A stretch of 14,700 nt of DNA from a bacterium (GTDB lineage: Bacteria > UBP7 > UBA6624 > JBBIMK01): NCBI GenBank assembly GCA_037444445.1, contig JBBIMK010000038.1:1-14700 (forward strand), written 5' to 3'. The translations under genes and the position numbers were made by a program. The notes under the pieces were generated by a model, which saw only the letters and a list, made by a program, of their open reading frames with translations, had not been told where the DNA came from and ran no database searches. Positions 5,818-13,701 of the stretch are shown here, in pieces. Numbering within the stretch: the first letter of the stretch is position 1; each line of letters begins with the position of its first letter.

Positions 5818-6783
5818 TCAACCCTTGAAAAGGTGCTTCAGGAAGAAGAGGAGGTTGGCGGGGCGCTCAGCCAACCGTCTCATCAAATAGGGATACCACG
5901 CTTCTCCGTAGGGAATATAAATACGAACCTTATATCCCTCCCGAAGGAGTTTTTCCTGCAAATCTCGCCGGATTCCATACAGGAATTGAAATTCTAAATC
6001 CTGATTCAAAAGCCCATTTTTATTCGCCAGGGCTTTCGCTTCCTCAATCAGGCGAGGGTCGTGGGTGGCAATGGCGATGTAGGCTCCTCTTTGCCGGGCC
6101 TCAGGAGACAGCAATTTTTCCATCAGCAGGCGGTAATTTGCATCCACATCTTTTTTATACCGAAAGGCAATGGTTGGTGATTCCAGATAGGCTCCTTTCA
6201 CCAGGCGGATGTTTGCCCCTTTCTGCATCAGGTGGGCGATATCTTCTATGCTCCGGTAGAGCATTGCCTGGATGACCAGGCCGAAATGGGAGGCAAATTG
6301 AGGGAGAAAGTGCTCGTAGAGTTTCAGCGTGCGGTCGGTATAGGCTGAACTCTCCATATCTATGCAGACGAATAGATGGAACTCCCGAGCATGATTCAAT
6401 ATCTCTTCCACCCTTTTCTTGCAAAGGTCTTCTGAAATATCCAGCCCGAGATGGGATAGTTTGATAGAGATGTAGGCGGGAAGAGCGGAAGGAGCATTTT
6501 CTCGCCCCGTTCCGAATTCCGAGTGTATCGTTTTCAGGAGGTGGATATACTCGGTGGTGGCGCGGGAGGCTTCTTCCTCCGTTTTCACCTCTTCACCGAG
6601 ATGGTTCAGGATGAGGGTGAAGCCCCGCTGATGTAGAGACTTCGCAAGAGGGAGAGCCTGGGAGAGGGTTTCGCCGGCAACGAATCGCTGAACCACCCGA
6701 TGAGCGGGTGGAAATTTCAGGACAAAGTGCTTCAGCCCCGGGCTTTTAGAAAGGGTAAATAGAATATGTGCCAGCAGGCTCAT
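5818..6783 (-). CDS. Monofunctional proline dehydrogenase (PRODH family)
   Basis: 321 aa with PRODH-family blocks RFVAGETL, LNHLGEEV, IRLVKGAY, IATHD, FQFLYGI and RIYIPYGEAWYPYLMRRLAERPANL. Size and layout match the short bacterial PRODHs. Confidence 0.88.
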   Translation of the reverse strand: MSLLAHILFTLSKSPGLKHFVLKFPPAHRVVQRFVAGETLSQALPLAKSLHQRGFTLILNHLGEEVKTEEEASRATTEYIHLLKTIHSEFGTGRENAPSALPAYISIKLSHLGLDISEDLCKKRVEEILNHAREFHLFVCIDMESSAYTDRTLKLYEHFLPQFASHFGLVIQAMLYRSIEDIAHLMQKGANIRLVKGAYLESPTIAFRYKKDVDANYRLLMEKLLSPEARQRGAYIAIATHDPRLIEEAKALANKNGLLNQDLEFQFLYGIRRDLQEKLLREGYKVRIYIPYGEAWYPYLMRRLAERPANLLFFLKHLFKG

Positions 6784-6795
6784 CCCACTTTCTTA

Positions 6796-6824
6796 ACCCT
6801 ATCACTCTTTCACTGCTCTGGCAA
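6796..6824 (-). promoter_or_regulatory. Candidate promoter of proline dehydrogenase (TTGCCA-N17-TAGGGT)
   Basis: On the minus strand, TTGCCA (6824-6819) is followed by a 17-nt spacer and TAGGGT (6801-6796). Only 12 nt (taagaaagtggg) separate the -10 from ATG 6783, and there is no SD. Confidence 0.4.
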
Positions 6825-6845
6825 GGAGAAAATACCGGGGTGAAG

Positions 6846-6869
6846 AAAAAATCTGCAGAAGCGTTCTAC
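6846..6869 (-). terminator. Weak candidate terminator after the 405-aa ORF
   Basis: On the minus strand, GTAGAA-cgc-TTCTGC forms 6 bp including one G.U pair with a 3-nt loop, followed by aga and TTTTTT (6851-6846). The stem is short, so confidence is low. Confidence 0.3.
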
Positions 6870-6911
6870 CTTCCTTTGCCCCGGGTGGAATGAGGGACCC
6901 CGAAATCAGGA

Positions 6912-8129
6912 TTAGCGACGGCGAGGGGGTTTCTTTTTCTTCATCTTCTCCCGGTGGGGCGCTGCTGTGGGCACACGGCGACTCAGCCATTGAAGTTTTT
7001 TGTCTAAAATTGCCCTTCGCTCGAGAAGAATATGGGTTCGGGGCGACTCGCCGTCGGAAGCGGGTGTATCCAGCCACTGGCTGTGCAGGCGTTTGACTTC
7101 CTCTTCCTTTTTCCCCTGTTCCTCCTCCGGGGAAGCGACAATCTTCTGGTCAAGGTAAGTGAGGAATTCTGACAGGAGTTGATTCTCCCGGGGTCCACCG
7201 CCAGCCACCACCATAGCAGGGGAGAGTCCACCGAAGAATTCCTGCGGGGTCTGGTTCCACTCCCGGGCCATCTGTTCCAGTTGCTTCTCCCGCTCCGCTG
7301 GCTCGGATGCCTCTGCATCCAGATTTTTCATCCACTCCTCCCACAGCGGGTCAATCTCTCTGCCACCCCAAAAATGGAAAAGGTTCAACAAGCCTCCGGT
7401 TCTCTGGAAGGCTTCAATATATCGTCGGTTCCCCTCCGGGAAGGAAAGGAGGGAGAAATAATGGGTGAGGAGTTGTGGGTCGCTTGTATGTTTATATATC
7501 TCTGCTATGACCGCATCTCTATGGGTGGGGGAGTGGGAGGCTTCAAAGGGCGTTAGATTTCCAAATCGCTCCTGAGGGGTATTGGACCAGCATTCCAGCC
7601 GGGTGAAGAGGATTTTCTGATAAACAGGCGTGGAAAGGCGCCAGCCCCGGCTGGGCTGGAAGCGTTCCAGCGCCTGTTTCACTTTTCCCGCTGTGCCTTC
7701 TGATTCCATCTGCTCTTTCAAGGCTTTCATTTCATCCGGTTGAAGGCAATCTAAGAGGGGATGAAGGGACTCTTCACCGAAGGCTTCCACACTTCGGAGG
7801 AGCAGGGCTTTTAGCAGAGGAATTTCTCCCGTTTTCTGGACGAGTTTGAAAGTTTCTTCTCGGGCGCCCGCTTCTGTCAGCGAGGAAAATAAACCGAGGA
7901 GAGAAGCCTGAAGGCGCTCCTGTATTTCACCGGTGTGAACTTTCCATCCGCGGAGGAGGAAGCGAACCCGGTTCGGAACTTTCAGGGTGCCTAAAAAATC
8001 CCGCAGATGACGGTCATCCCAGAGTTCATGCTCTTTGATTTTCTTCTCCTTCAGGAATTCATAAGCCATCTGCTGGAGGTCGCCATCTTCCTTCAAGAAA
8101 TCCAGTTCCGCCATCTTTTTCCCCTCCAT
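6912..8129 (-). CDS. Hypothetical protein with three copies of a W-x2-TP...G-x-(S/T)-P motif and a basic tail
   Basis: 405-aa ORF that is acidic and helical-looking. Repeats are WSNTPQERFGNLTP (7548-7589), WNQTPQEFFGGLSP (7218-7259) and WLDTPASDGESP (7041-7076). The C-terminus is KMKKKKPPRRR. Possible starts are ATG 8129 (AGGAG 9 nt upstream) or ATG 8114 (GGAGGGG 6 nt upstream). No confident family call. Confidence 0.7.
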   Translation of the reverse strand: MEGKKMAELDFLKEDGDLQQMAYEFLKEKKIKEHELWDDRHLRDFLGTLKVPNRVRFLLRGWKVHTGEIQERLQASLLGLFSSLTEAGAREETFKLVQKTGEIPLLKALLLRSVEAFGEESLHPLLDCLQPDEMKALKEQMESEGTAGKVKQALERFQPSRGWRLSTPVYQKILFTRLECWSNTPQERFGNLTPFEASHSPTHRDAVIAEIYKHTSDPQLLTHYFSLLSFPEGNRRYIEAFQRTGGLLNLFHFWGGREIDPLWEEWMKNLDAEASEPAEREKQLEQMAREWNQTPQEFFGGLSPAMVVAGGGPRENQLLSEFLTYLDQKIVASPEEEQGKKEEEVKRLHSQWLDTPASDGESPRTHILLERRAILDKKLQWLSRRVPTAAPHREKMKKKKPPRRR

Positions 8130-8312
8130 CTCCTGCTACTCCTATTGTATCAGATTTATGGGGGGGCGAACCATCTCAACCATACACGCCAGATGCTTCA
8201 CTTCGTTCAGTCGCGATTTCAATCGGGATTTCTGTATAGAATTCGGGCAGGGGGATACCCCGCCCCTTGTATCGGGATGTCATCCCGCGCGCCATTCTGA
8301 AGCCGAAGGCAC

Positions 8313-9968
8313 TTATAGCATAGGGAGGTTGATGTGGTGCTTTTTAGCGGTGCGGAGGGCGATTTCATACCCTGCATCGGCGTGGCGTGCGATGCCCAGT
8401 CCGGGGTCATTGGTGAGAACTCTATGGATTCGCTCATCCATTTGTTTCGTGCCGTCCGCCACCACAACCATTCCTGCGTGGAGGGAGTAACCGATGCCCA
8501 CGCCACCACCGTGGTGGAAACTCACCCAGGAGGCGCCGCTGGCGGTATTCAGGAGAGCATTGAGGACGGGCCAGTCTGCCACGGCATCGGAGCCGTCTTT
8601 CATCGCCTCTGTTTCTCGGTGAGGGGAAGCCACACTCCCCGTATCGTGGTGGTCTCGGCCGATGACGATGGGCGCTTTCAACCTTCCATCACGGACCATC
8701 TCGTTGATGGCGAGGCCGAAGAGTGCCCGTTCACCCATCCCGAGCCAGCAGATGCGAGCGGGCAAGCCCTGGAATTTCACCCGCTCCCCTGCGAGGTGAA
8801 TCCACCGGGCAAGATGGTCATCCTCGGGGAAGAGTTCCAGCACCTTTTTATCCGTGTTAGCAATATCTTGCGGGTCGCCGGATAGAGCCGCCCACCGGAA
8901 GGGGCCTTTGCCTTCCGCAAACAGGTCCCGGATGAAAGCGGGCACATACCCTTGAATCTGGAAAGAATCTGAGATGCCCGAATCTCTGGCTAACTGACGG
9001 AGGTTATTGCCGTATTCAAAGGTGATGGCGCCTGCTTTTTTGAATCCTAACATAGCGGTCATCTGTGAGGCAACGGACTCTTTGACCCTCATTAGATATT
9101 CTTTCGGGTTCTCTCGTCGGAGGTCGGAAGCCTCTTCCACCGACAGGCCTCTCGGGATATACCCATTCAGGGGGTCATGGGCGGCGGTCTGGTCCGTAAG
9201 GACATCCGGGATAAAACCCCGGCGGAGGAGTTCCGGATGAATATCCGCGGCATTTGCCAGAAGGCCAATGGATAAAGCCTTCTTCTCTCGTTTTGCTTCC
9301 TCCACCCATTTCAGGGCGGTCTCCAGATTGTGGGTGGAGCGGTCTAAGTATCGGGTGTTCAACCGGCGTTGAATGGCGTAGGGGTTCACTTCAACGGCGA
9401 GGATAATGCCGTCGTTCAGGGTGGCAGCGAGGGGCTGAGCCCCACCCATTTCGCCCAGCCCCGCTGTGAGAATCACTTTCCCTTTCAGTGAGCCGGCGAA
9501 GTGCTTCCTTGCCGCTGCGTAGAAGGTTTCATAAGTGCCCTGCAAAATGCCCTGAGTGCCGATATAAATCCAGGAGCCCGCAGTCATCTGACCAAACATA
9601 ATGAGTCCCCGCTCCTCCAGTTCACGGAAATGCTCCCAGGTTGCCCATTTCGGCACCAGCACCGAGTTAGAAATCAGCACCCGAGGTGCGTGGGGGAAGG
9701 TTTGAAAAATCCCCACCGGCTTCCCCGATTGCACCAAAAGAGTTTCATCATTTTCCAGCCGCTGGAGGGCTTTCACAATCGCTTCAAAGCAATCCCAGTC
9801 GCGCGCCGCTTTCCCCGTTCCACCATACACAATCAGGTTTGCCGGGTCCTTCGCCACCTCCGGGTCCAGATTATTCATCAGCATTCGCAGAGCCGCTTCC
9901 TGATGCCAGGACCTGCAGGAAATCTGGGTTCCCCGGGGGGCTCGCACCACCTTTTCCACCGTCACCAT
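8313..9968 (-). CDS. hutU: Urocanate hydratase
   Basis: 551 aa with urocanase blocks [55 protein letters not shown] and [25 protein letters not shown] lies 5 nt upstream of ATG 9968. Confidence 0.95.
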   Translation of the reverse strand: MVTVEKVVRAPRGTQISCRSWHQEAALRMLMNNLDPEVAKDPANLIVYGGTGKAARDWDCFEAIVKALQRLENDETLLVQSGKPVGIFQTFPHAPRVLISNSVLVPKWATWEHFRELEERGLIMFGQMTAGSWIYIGTQGILQGTYETFYAAARKHFAGSLKGKVILTAGLGEMGGAQPLAATLNDGIILAVEVNPYAIQRRLNTRYLDRSTHNLETALKWVEEAKREKKALSIGLLANAADIHPELLRRGFIPDVLTDQTAAHDPLNGYIPRGLSVEEASDLRRENPKEYLMRVKESVASQMTAMLGFKKAGAITFEYGNNLRQLARDSGISDSFQIQGYVPAFIRDLFAEGKGPFRWAALSGDPQDIANTDKKVLELFPEDDHLARWIHLAGERVKFQGLPARICWLGMGERALFGLAINEMVRDGRLKAPIVIGRDHHDTGSVASPHRETEAMKDGSDAVADWPVLNALLNTASGASWVSFHHGGGVGIGYSLHAGMVVVADGTKQMDERIHRVLTNDPGLGIARHADAGYEIALRTAKKHHINLPML

Positions 9969-9975
9969 TTTTACT

Positions 9976-9994
9976 CCCTCCTTTTGCCCTCCTT
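9976..9994 (-). repeat. Tandem 8-nt direct repeat AAGGAGGG x2 (11-nt period) in the hutU leader
   Basis: Plus strand ccctcctt occurs at 9976-9983 and 9987-9994. The proximal copy is the hutU SD. Confidence 0.6.
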
Positions 9995-9998
9995 AAAA

Positions 9999-10027
9999 AT
10001 TATAACCCGTATTTTAGCCCAGGAGAA
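9999..10027 (-). promoter_or_regulatory. Candidate hutU promoter (TTCTCC-N17-TATAAT)
   Basis: On the minus strand, a consensus TATAAT (10004-9999) lies 30 nt upstream of ATG 9968. A weak -35 TTCTCC (10027-10022) sits 17 nt away, inside the 3' end of the transporter gene. Confidence 0.3.
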
Positions 10028-10715
10028 GGCGGAGGGCGAGAACAATCAGAATGACTCCACTCACCCGGGGAAAATAGGGCTCGTATCTCTGTATCCAGCG
10101 TTGGACTTTTTGATAAATGAACAAACCGATTAGAGTCATTCCCACCAGACCGAGGGATACGGAAAATGCATAGAAAATCATTAGCACAAATGGATTGATG
10201 CCGCCCACCATCAGGGCTAACAGAGCAAACTCTTCTTCGTGGGCAAAGCCGAGGAGGAAAGCGGAAAGGGCGAGACTCCCCAGCGTTAGTGCCACCCGGC
10301 GTGCGTGCTGATGAATATGGCTGTGAGGTTCCTGACCGGGATGTTGATGTTCATGCTCATGTTCCATTTCTTCTACGCCATCGTGAAAATGTCCATGCTG
10401 AGCATCTGCAGTGGATCTGGGTTTCTCCAGGAAAAAGCGAAAGGCTAAAAAGAATAGCAGACCGGAACCAAAATAGGTCATCCAGTCGCCAAAGAAGTTC
10501 ACGGTGGAGCGGAAAAGGAGGTAAACCACTACCACGGCGATAGAAGAAAACAAATGAAAAAAGGAGAGAATGCCGGAACTCAGAAAAGCGGAGAGGAGAG
10601 GGTACTTTTTCGGTGTGGCGTAAACAAGGGCAAGGGGCCAACCGTGTCCTGGCTCCAGCCCGTGAATCAAGCCCATCATTGAAACGCCCATATAGATAGA
10701 TTCCATCTTGCCCAC
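10014..10715 (-). CDS. NicO/RcnA-like nickel/cobalt transporter with His-rich loop
   Basis: Six-TM-like profile with the motif GLIHGLEPGHGW, which matches the H-x4-PGHG spacing of RcnA/NicO proteins. The central loop DAQHGHFHDGVEEMEHEHEHQHPGQEPHSHIHQH has 11 His in ~37 residues, and a second-half motif is GFAHEEEF. The ORF starts at GTG 10715, but ATG 10706 has a better SD (AGGAAG, 8-nt spacer). Confidence 0.7.
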   Translation of the reverse strand: MGKMESIYMGVSMMGLIHGLEPGHGWPLALVYATPKKYPLLSAFLSSGILSFFHLFSSIAVVVVYLLFRSTVNFFGDWMTYFGSGLLFFLAFRFFLEKPRSTADAQHGHFHDGVEEMEHEHEHQHPGQEPHSHIHQHARRVALTLGSLALSAFLLGFAHEEEFALLALMVGGINPFVLMIFYAFSVSLGLVGMTLIGLFIYQKVQRWIQRYEPYFPRVSGVILIVLALRLLLG

Positions 10716-10912
10716 TTCCTGCAGAACACCATCATTCTATCTTAATTATATAGCACACTTCAGCAACTGCTCACAAAGAGTTGTCAGGTGAAATTTTTTC
10801 CCTATTCTCTGATAAATATGGAATAATGAAGTAAAATAAGGAATGCTGATTTTATCTTACTGCTGAGGAGAAGTTGAAAGGGGCGTATTGAGCCGATGGG
10901 ATTCTATCCTGG

Positions 10913-13678
10913 CTACTGATTCTCGTTTCTTCGCAGGGCGAGGAGGATTTTTTCAGGGGTGATGGGGAGGGAAGAGATGGGCGCCCGGATGGCATCTTCT
11001 ACGGCATCAGCGATGGCGCCCAGGACTGCGACGGCACTGCCCTCTCCCACTTCCTTCGCCCCGAAAGGTCCTGCCGGGTCGGGCAAGCCCACGGATGCGG
11101 AAACCACCTCAGGCGCATCCCCGATAGTGGGAATGAAATAATCCCGGAGATTGGCATTCAGTGGAACGCCATCCTTGAACTGCACCTCTTCCATCAGCGC
11201 CTCGCCCATCAACATCACGCAGGAGCCTTCCACCTGTCCCTGGAATGTGACGGGGTTGATGACAGTGCCACTGTCGTGGGCGTTATAAAACTTCACCACT
11301 TTTACCTTTCCCGTTGTAAAATTCACCTCCACTTCCGCCACGATGGCGCAGAAGGAGTATGTGGGGGAGGTGCCGACGGCGGCTCCCTTGAAGGTTCCAC
11401 CCAGTTTGGGGGGATTGTAATGCCCTTCCGCCACCAGAGGCCCGAAGCGGTCAAAGTATTCCTTCACCGCATCCTCCCAGGGGATGAACTTCTCCGGATG
11501 GTGACGAGGGAAAATCTTCCTGTCTGTCACCGCAAGAGCCTCCAGAGGTTCTTGCAGTTTTTCTGATGCGATGGGTAAGAGGAGTTGGAGGATTTTTTCC
11601 CCCGCCTGCTTCACCGCATTTCCGGTCATCAGGGTGATACGGCTGGAATAGGCGCCCAGGTCAACAGGGGTGAGAAATGTGTCGCAGGTCTGGACATACA
11701 CATCTTCGTAGCGGATGCCCATAGCCTCTGCGGCAATCTGGGCGAGGACGGTGGTGGAACCCTGTCCGATTTCGGGGGCGGAGGTGAAGAGGGTGGCTGA
11801 GGAGCCATCCTCTGCCACCTTGATATATACATTGGAATGGGGGAAATTGCTTCGGTAGATGGGGTAGCCCGCACCGGAGACGAACCCACCACCGGAAATA
11901 CCCATGCCCTTCCCCGGCGGGAGTTTGCTTCTCTTCTCTTCCCAGCCGGATATTTCCCGAACTTTCTTCAAGCATTCTTTGTAGCCGTTGGTGAGAATCT
12001 GGAATTCGTTGCAGGTTTTTTCGTAAGGGCCTGTGGCGTTTTTCAGGCGGATTTCCACAGGGTCCAGGCCCAGGTCCCGGGCGATACGGTTGAGATGGAC
12101 TTCAAACGCCCAGCGGGGCTGGGGGGCGCCGTTTCCTCGCTGTGCACCGCAGGGCGGAAGATTGGTGTAGACCCGGTAGGCATCCAATCGGAAGTTTTTC
12201 AGGCGATATAGCAAAGGCATAAGACATCCGGAATAGTAAGCGGTGGTGATGCCGTAGCCAGTATAGGCTCCGCCGTCCAGGATGGCTGTTTCCTGCACCG
12301 CAGTGATGGTTCCATCCCTTTTCACGCCCGTTTTGAAGGTGAGATATTGCTTGTGCCTTCCTCGCCCGTGAAGGAACATCTCTTTTCTACTGAAGGACAT
12401 TTGAACGGGTGCGCCCGTGAGTTTAGACAGGGTCGCTCCCGCTAACTCCAGCACGGTGGCTTCCGCTTTCCCGCCGAAGCCCCCTCCTGTGGCGGTTTGA
12501 ATCACCCGTATCTTCCCCATCGGCAGGCTGTAGACCCGGCTGAGTTGATACTGGACATAATGGGGCGACTGATTGCTGGTCCAGACCGTGAGGACGCCGT
12601 CCTTTCCCCATTGAACGACGGCGGCGTGGGGCTCCAGCGGCGATTGCATCGTCCGATTGCCTTCAAACGAGTCCTCCCGAATATAATCCGCCTCTACGAA
12701 ACCCTTTTCCACATCCCCGAAGTTCTGATGAATTTCCGTGTTGATATTTTTCGGATATTTTTCGTGGAGTTGTGGGGCGTCAACCTTCATAGCAGAAAAC
12801 GGGTCAAACACAGCGGGGAGAGGCTCAAAATCCACCCTTATCCATTCCAATGCTTTCTCGGCGGTTTCCTCATCCTCTGCCGCCACCGCCGCAATTTTAT
12901 CCCCCACATACCTCACCCGGTCTATGGCGAAGATGGTTTCATCATATCGGGCGGGGCTGACGCCGTAAGGAACATCCGGCACATCTTTGGCAGTGATTAT
13001 GGCTCTTACTCCTGGTAGTTTCCTCGCCTCTTCCGTGTGGATGGCGAGAATCTTTGCGTGAGGAACCGGGCTTCTCAAAACCTTACCGAAAAGCATTCCG
13101 GGGAAGAAGAGGTCGCCGGCATATCTAACAGAGCCCGTCACCTTCTCCAGAGCATCTTTCCTCGGCACTGGCTTCCCCACGACAGCAAACCCACTGGCTA
13201 TCGGCGGTTGTCCATTGGCGATTCCCTCCTGCCTGCCCTCCTGGAAGGAGGAGTAGTCTTGCACCGCCTGAAGGATTTTTGCGTAGCCCGTGCATCGGCA
13301 AAGATTTCCAGATAGCGCCTGGCGGATTTCATCCACCGCTGGATGGGGGTGTTTTTGAATCAGGGAGCAGGCGGAGAGAATCATCCCCGGGGTGCAGTAT
13401 CCGCACTGCACCGCTCCGTGATGGATAAAGGATTTCTGTAAGGGGTGAAGATTCCCATTTTTCGCCAGCCCTTCAATGGTGAGAATATGAGCGTCCCGGG
13501 CTTCCACAGTTAGGAGGAGGCAGGAAGGAACCGGATTGCCGTTGAGGAGGACGGTGCAGGAGCCACAGTCGCCCAGTTCACACCCCCGTTTCACACCGGT
13601 GAACCCTAACACATTGCGCAGGACATACAGGAGTGTCCAGTGAGGTTTGACCCGGGGGAAAAACTCTCTCTCATTCAC
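10913..13678 (-). CDS. Xanthine dehydrogenase/aldehyde oxidoreductase-family protein, fused [2Fe-2S] and molybdopterin-binding subunit
   Basis: The N-terminus carries both 2Fe-2S clusters (C-x4-C-x2-C-x11-C in GCELGDCGSCTVLLNGNPVPSC; QCGYCTPG ... CRCTGY). The Mo domain follows, with GGGFGGK and the C-terminal catalytic Glu block GAKEVGEGS. The first canonical start is GTG 13678, but the conserved first beta-strand (LKTIRLIV) is encoded upstream in frame from CTG 13699. Confidence 0.92.
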   Translation of the reverse strand: MNEREFFPRVKPHWTLLYVLRNVLGFTGVKRGCELGDCGSCTVLLNGNPVPSCLLLTVEARDAHILTIEGLAKNGNLHPLQKSFIHHGAVQCGYCTPGMILSACSLIQKHPHPAVDEIRQALSGNLCRCTGYAKILQAVQDYSSFQEGRQEGIANGQPPIASGFAVVGKPVPRKDALEKVTGSVRYAGDLFFPGMLFGKVLRSPVPHAKILAIHTEEARKLPGVRAIITAKDVPDVPYGVSPARYDETIFAIDRVRYVGDKIAAVAAEDEETAEKALEWIRVDFEPLPAVFDPFSAMKVDAPQLHEKYPKNINTEIHQNFGDVEKGFVEADYIREDSFEGNRTMQSPLEPHAAVVQWGKDGVLTVWTSNQSPHYVQYQLSRVYSLPMGKIRVIQTATGGGFGGKAEATVLELAGATLSKLTGAPVQMSFSRKEMFLHGRGRHKQYLTFKTGVKRDGTITAVQETAILDGGAYTGYGITTAYYSGCLMPLLYRLKNFRLDAYRVYTNLPPCGAQRGNGAPQPRWAFEVHLNRIARDLGLDPVEIRLKNATGPYEKTCNEFQILTNGYKECLKKVREISGWEEKRSKLPPGKGMGISGGGFVSGAGYPIYRSNFPHSNVYIKVAEDGSSATLFTSAPEIGQGSTTVLAQIAAEAMGIRYEDVYVQTCDTFLTPVDLGAYSSRITLMTGNAVKQAGEKILQLLLPIASEKLQEPLEALAVTDRKIFPRHHPEKFIPWEDAVKEYFDRFGPLVAEGHYNPPKLGGTFKGAAVGTSPTYSFCAIVAEVEVNFTTGKVKVVKFYNAHDSGTVINPVTFQGQVEGSCVMLMGEALMEEVQFKDGVPLNANLRDYFIPTIGDAPEVVSASVGLPDPAGPFGAKEVGEGSAVAVLGAIADAVEDAIRAPISSLPITPEKILLALRRNENQ

Positions 13679-13701
13679 TATCAGGCGGATGGTTTTCAGG
13701 T

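Noticed and set aside
8151-8300. RcnR/CsoR-type operator at the G7 tract or the GGGGATACCCC / CGGGATgtcATCCCG inverted repeats downstream of hutU
   Set aside because: The G-tract lacks the flanking TACT/AGTA arms of RcnR sites. The inverted repeats have GGGG...CCCC polarity with tiny loops and no T-run. They may be weak transcript-end structures, but I cannot support a specific call.
8334-10133. Long plus-strand ORFs (8334-8885, 9007-9240, 9501-10133, 9686-10054) opposite hutU and the transporter
   Set aside because: These are antisense shadows of well-supported genes. Their products are Pro/Arg/Gly/His-rich, which is typical of out-of-frame translation of GC-rich coding DNA.
10733-10776. 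Palindrome CTAT-ct-TAATTA-t-ATAG and TTGTGA-N18-TATATA as operator and promoter of the metal transporter
   Set aside because: The palindrome arms are only 4 bp with unequal spacing in an AT-rich stretch. The promoter match is plausible but weak (-35 matches 4 of 6, 18-nt spacer). It is mentioned here only for follow-up by TSS mapping.
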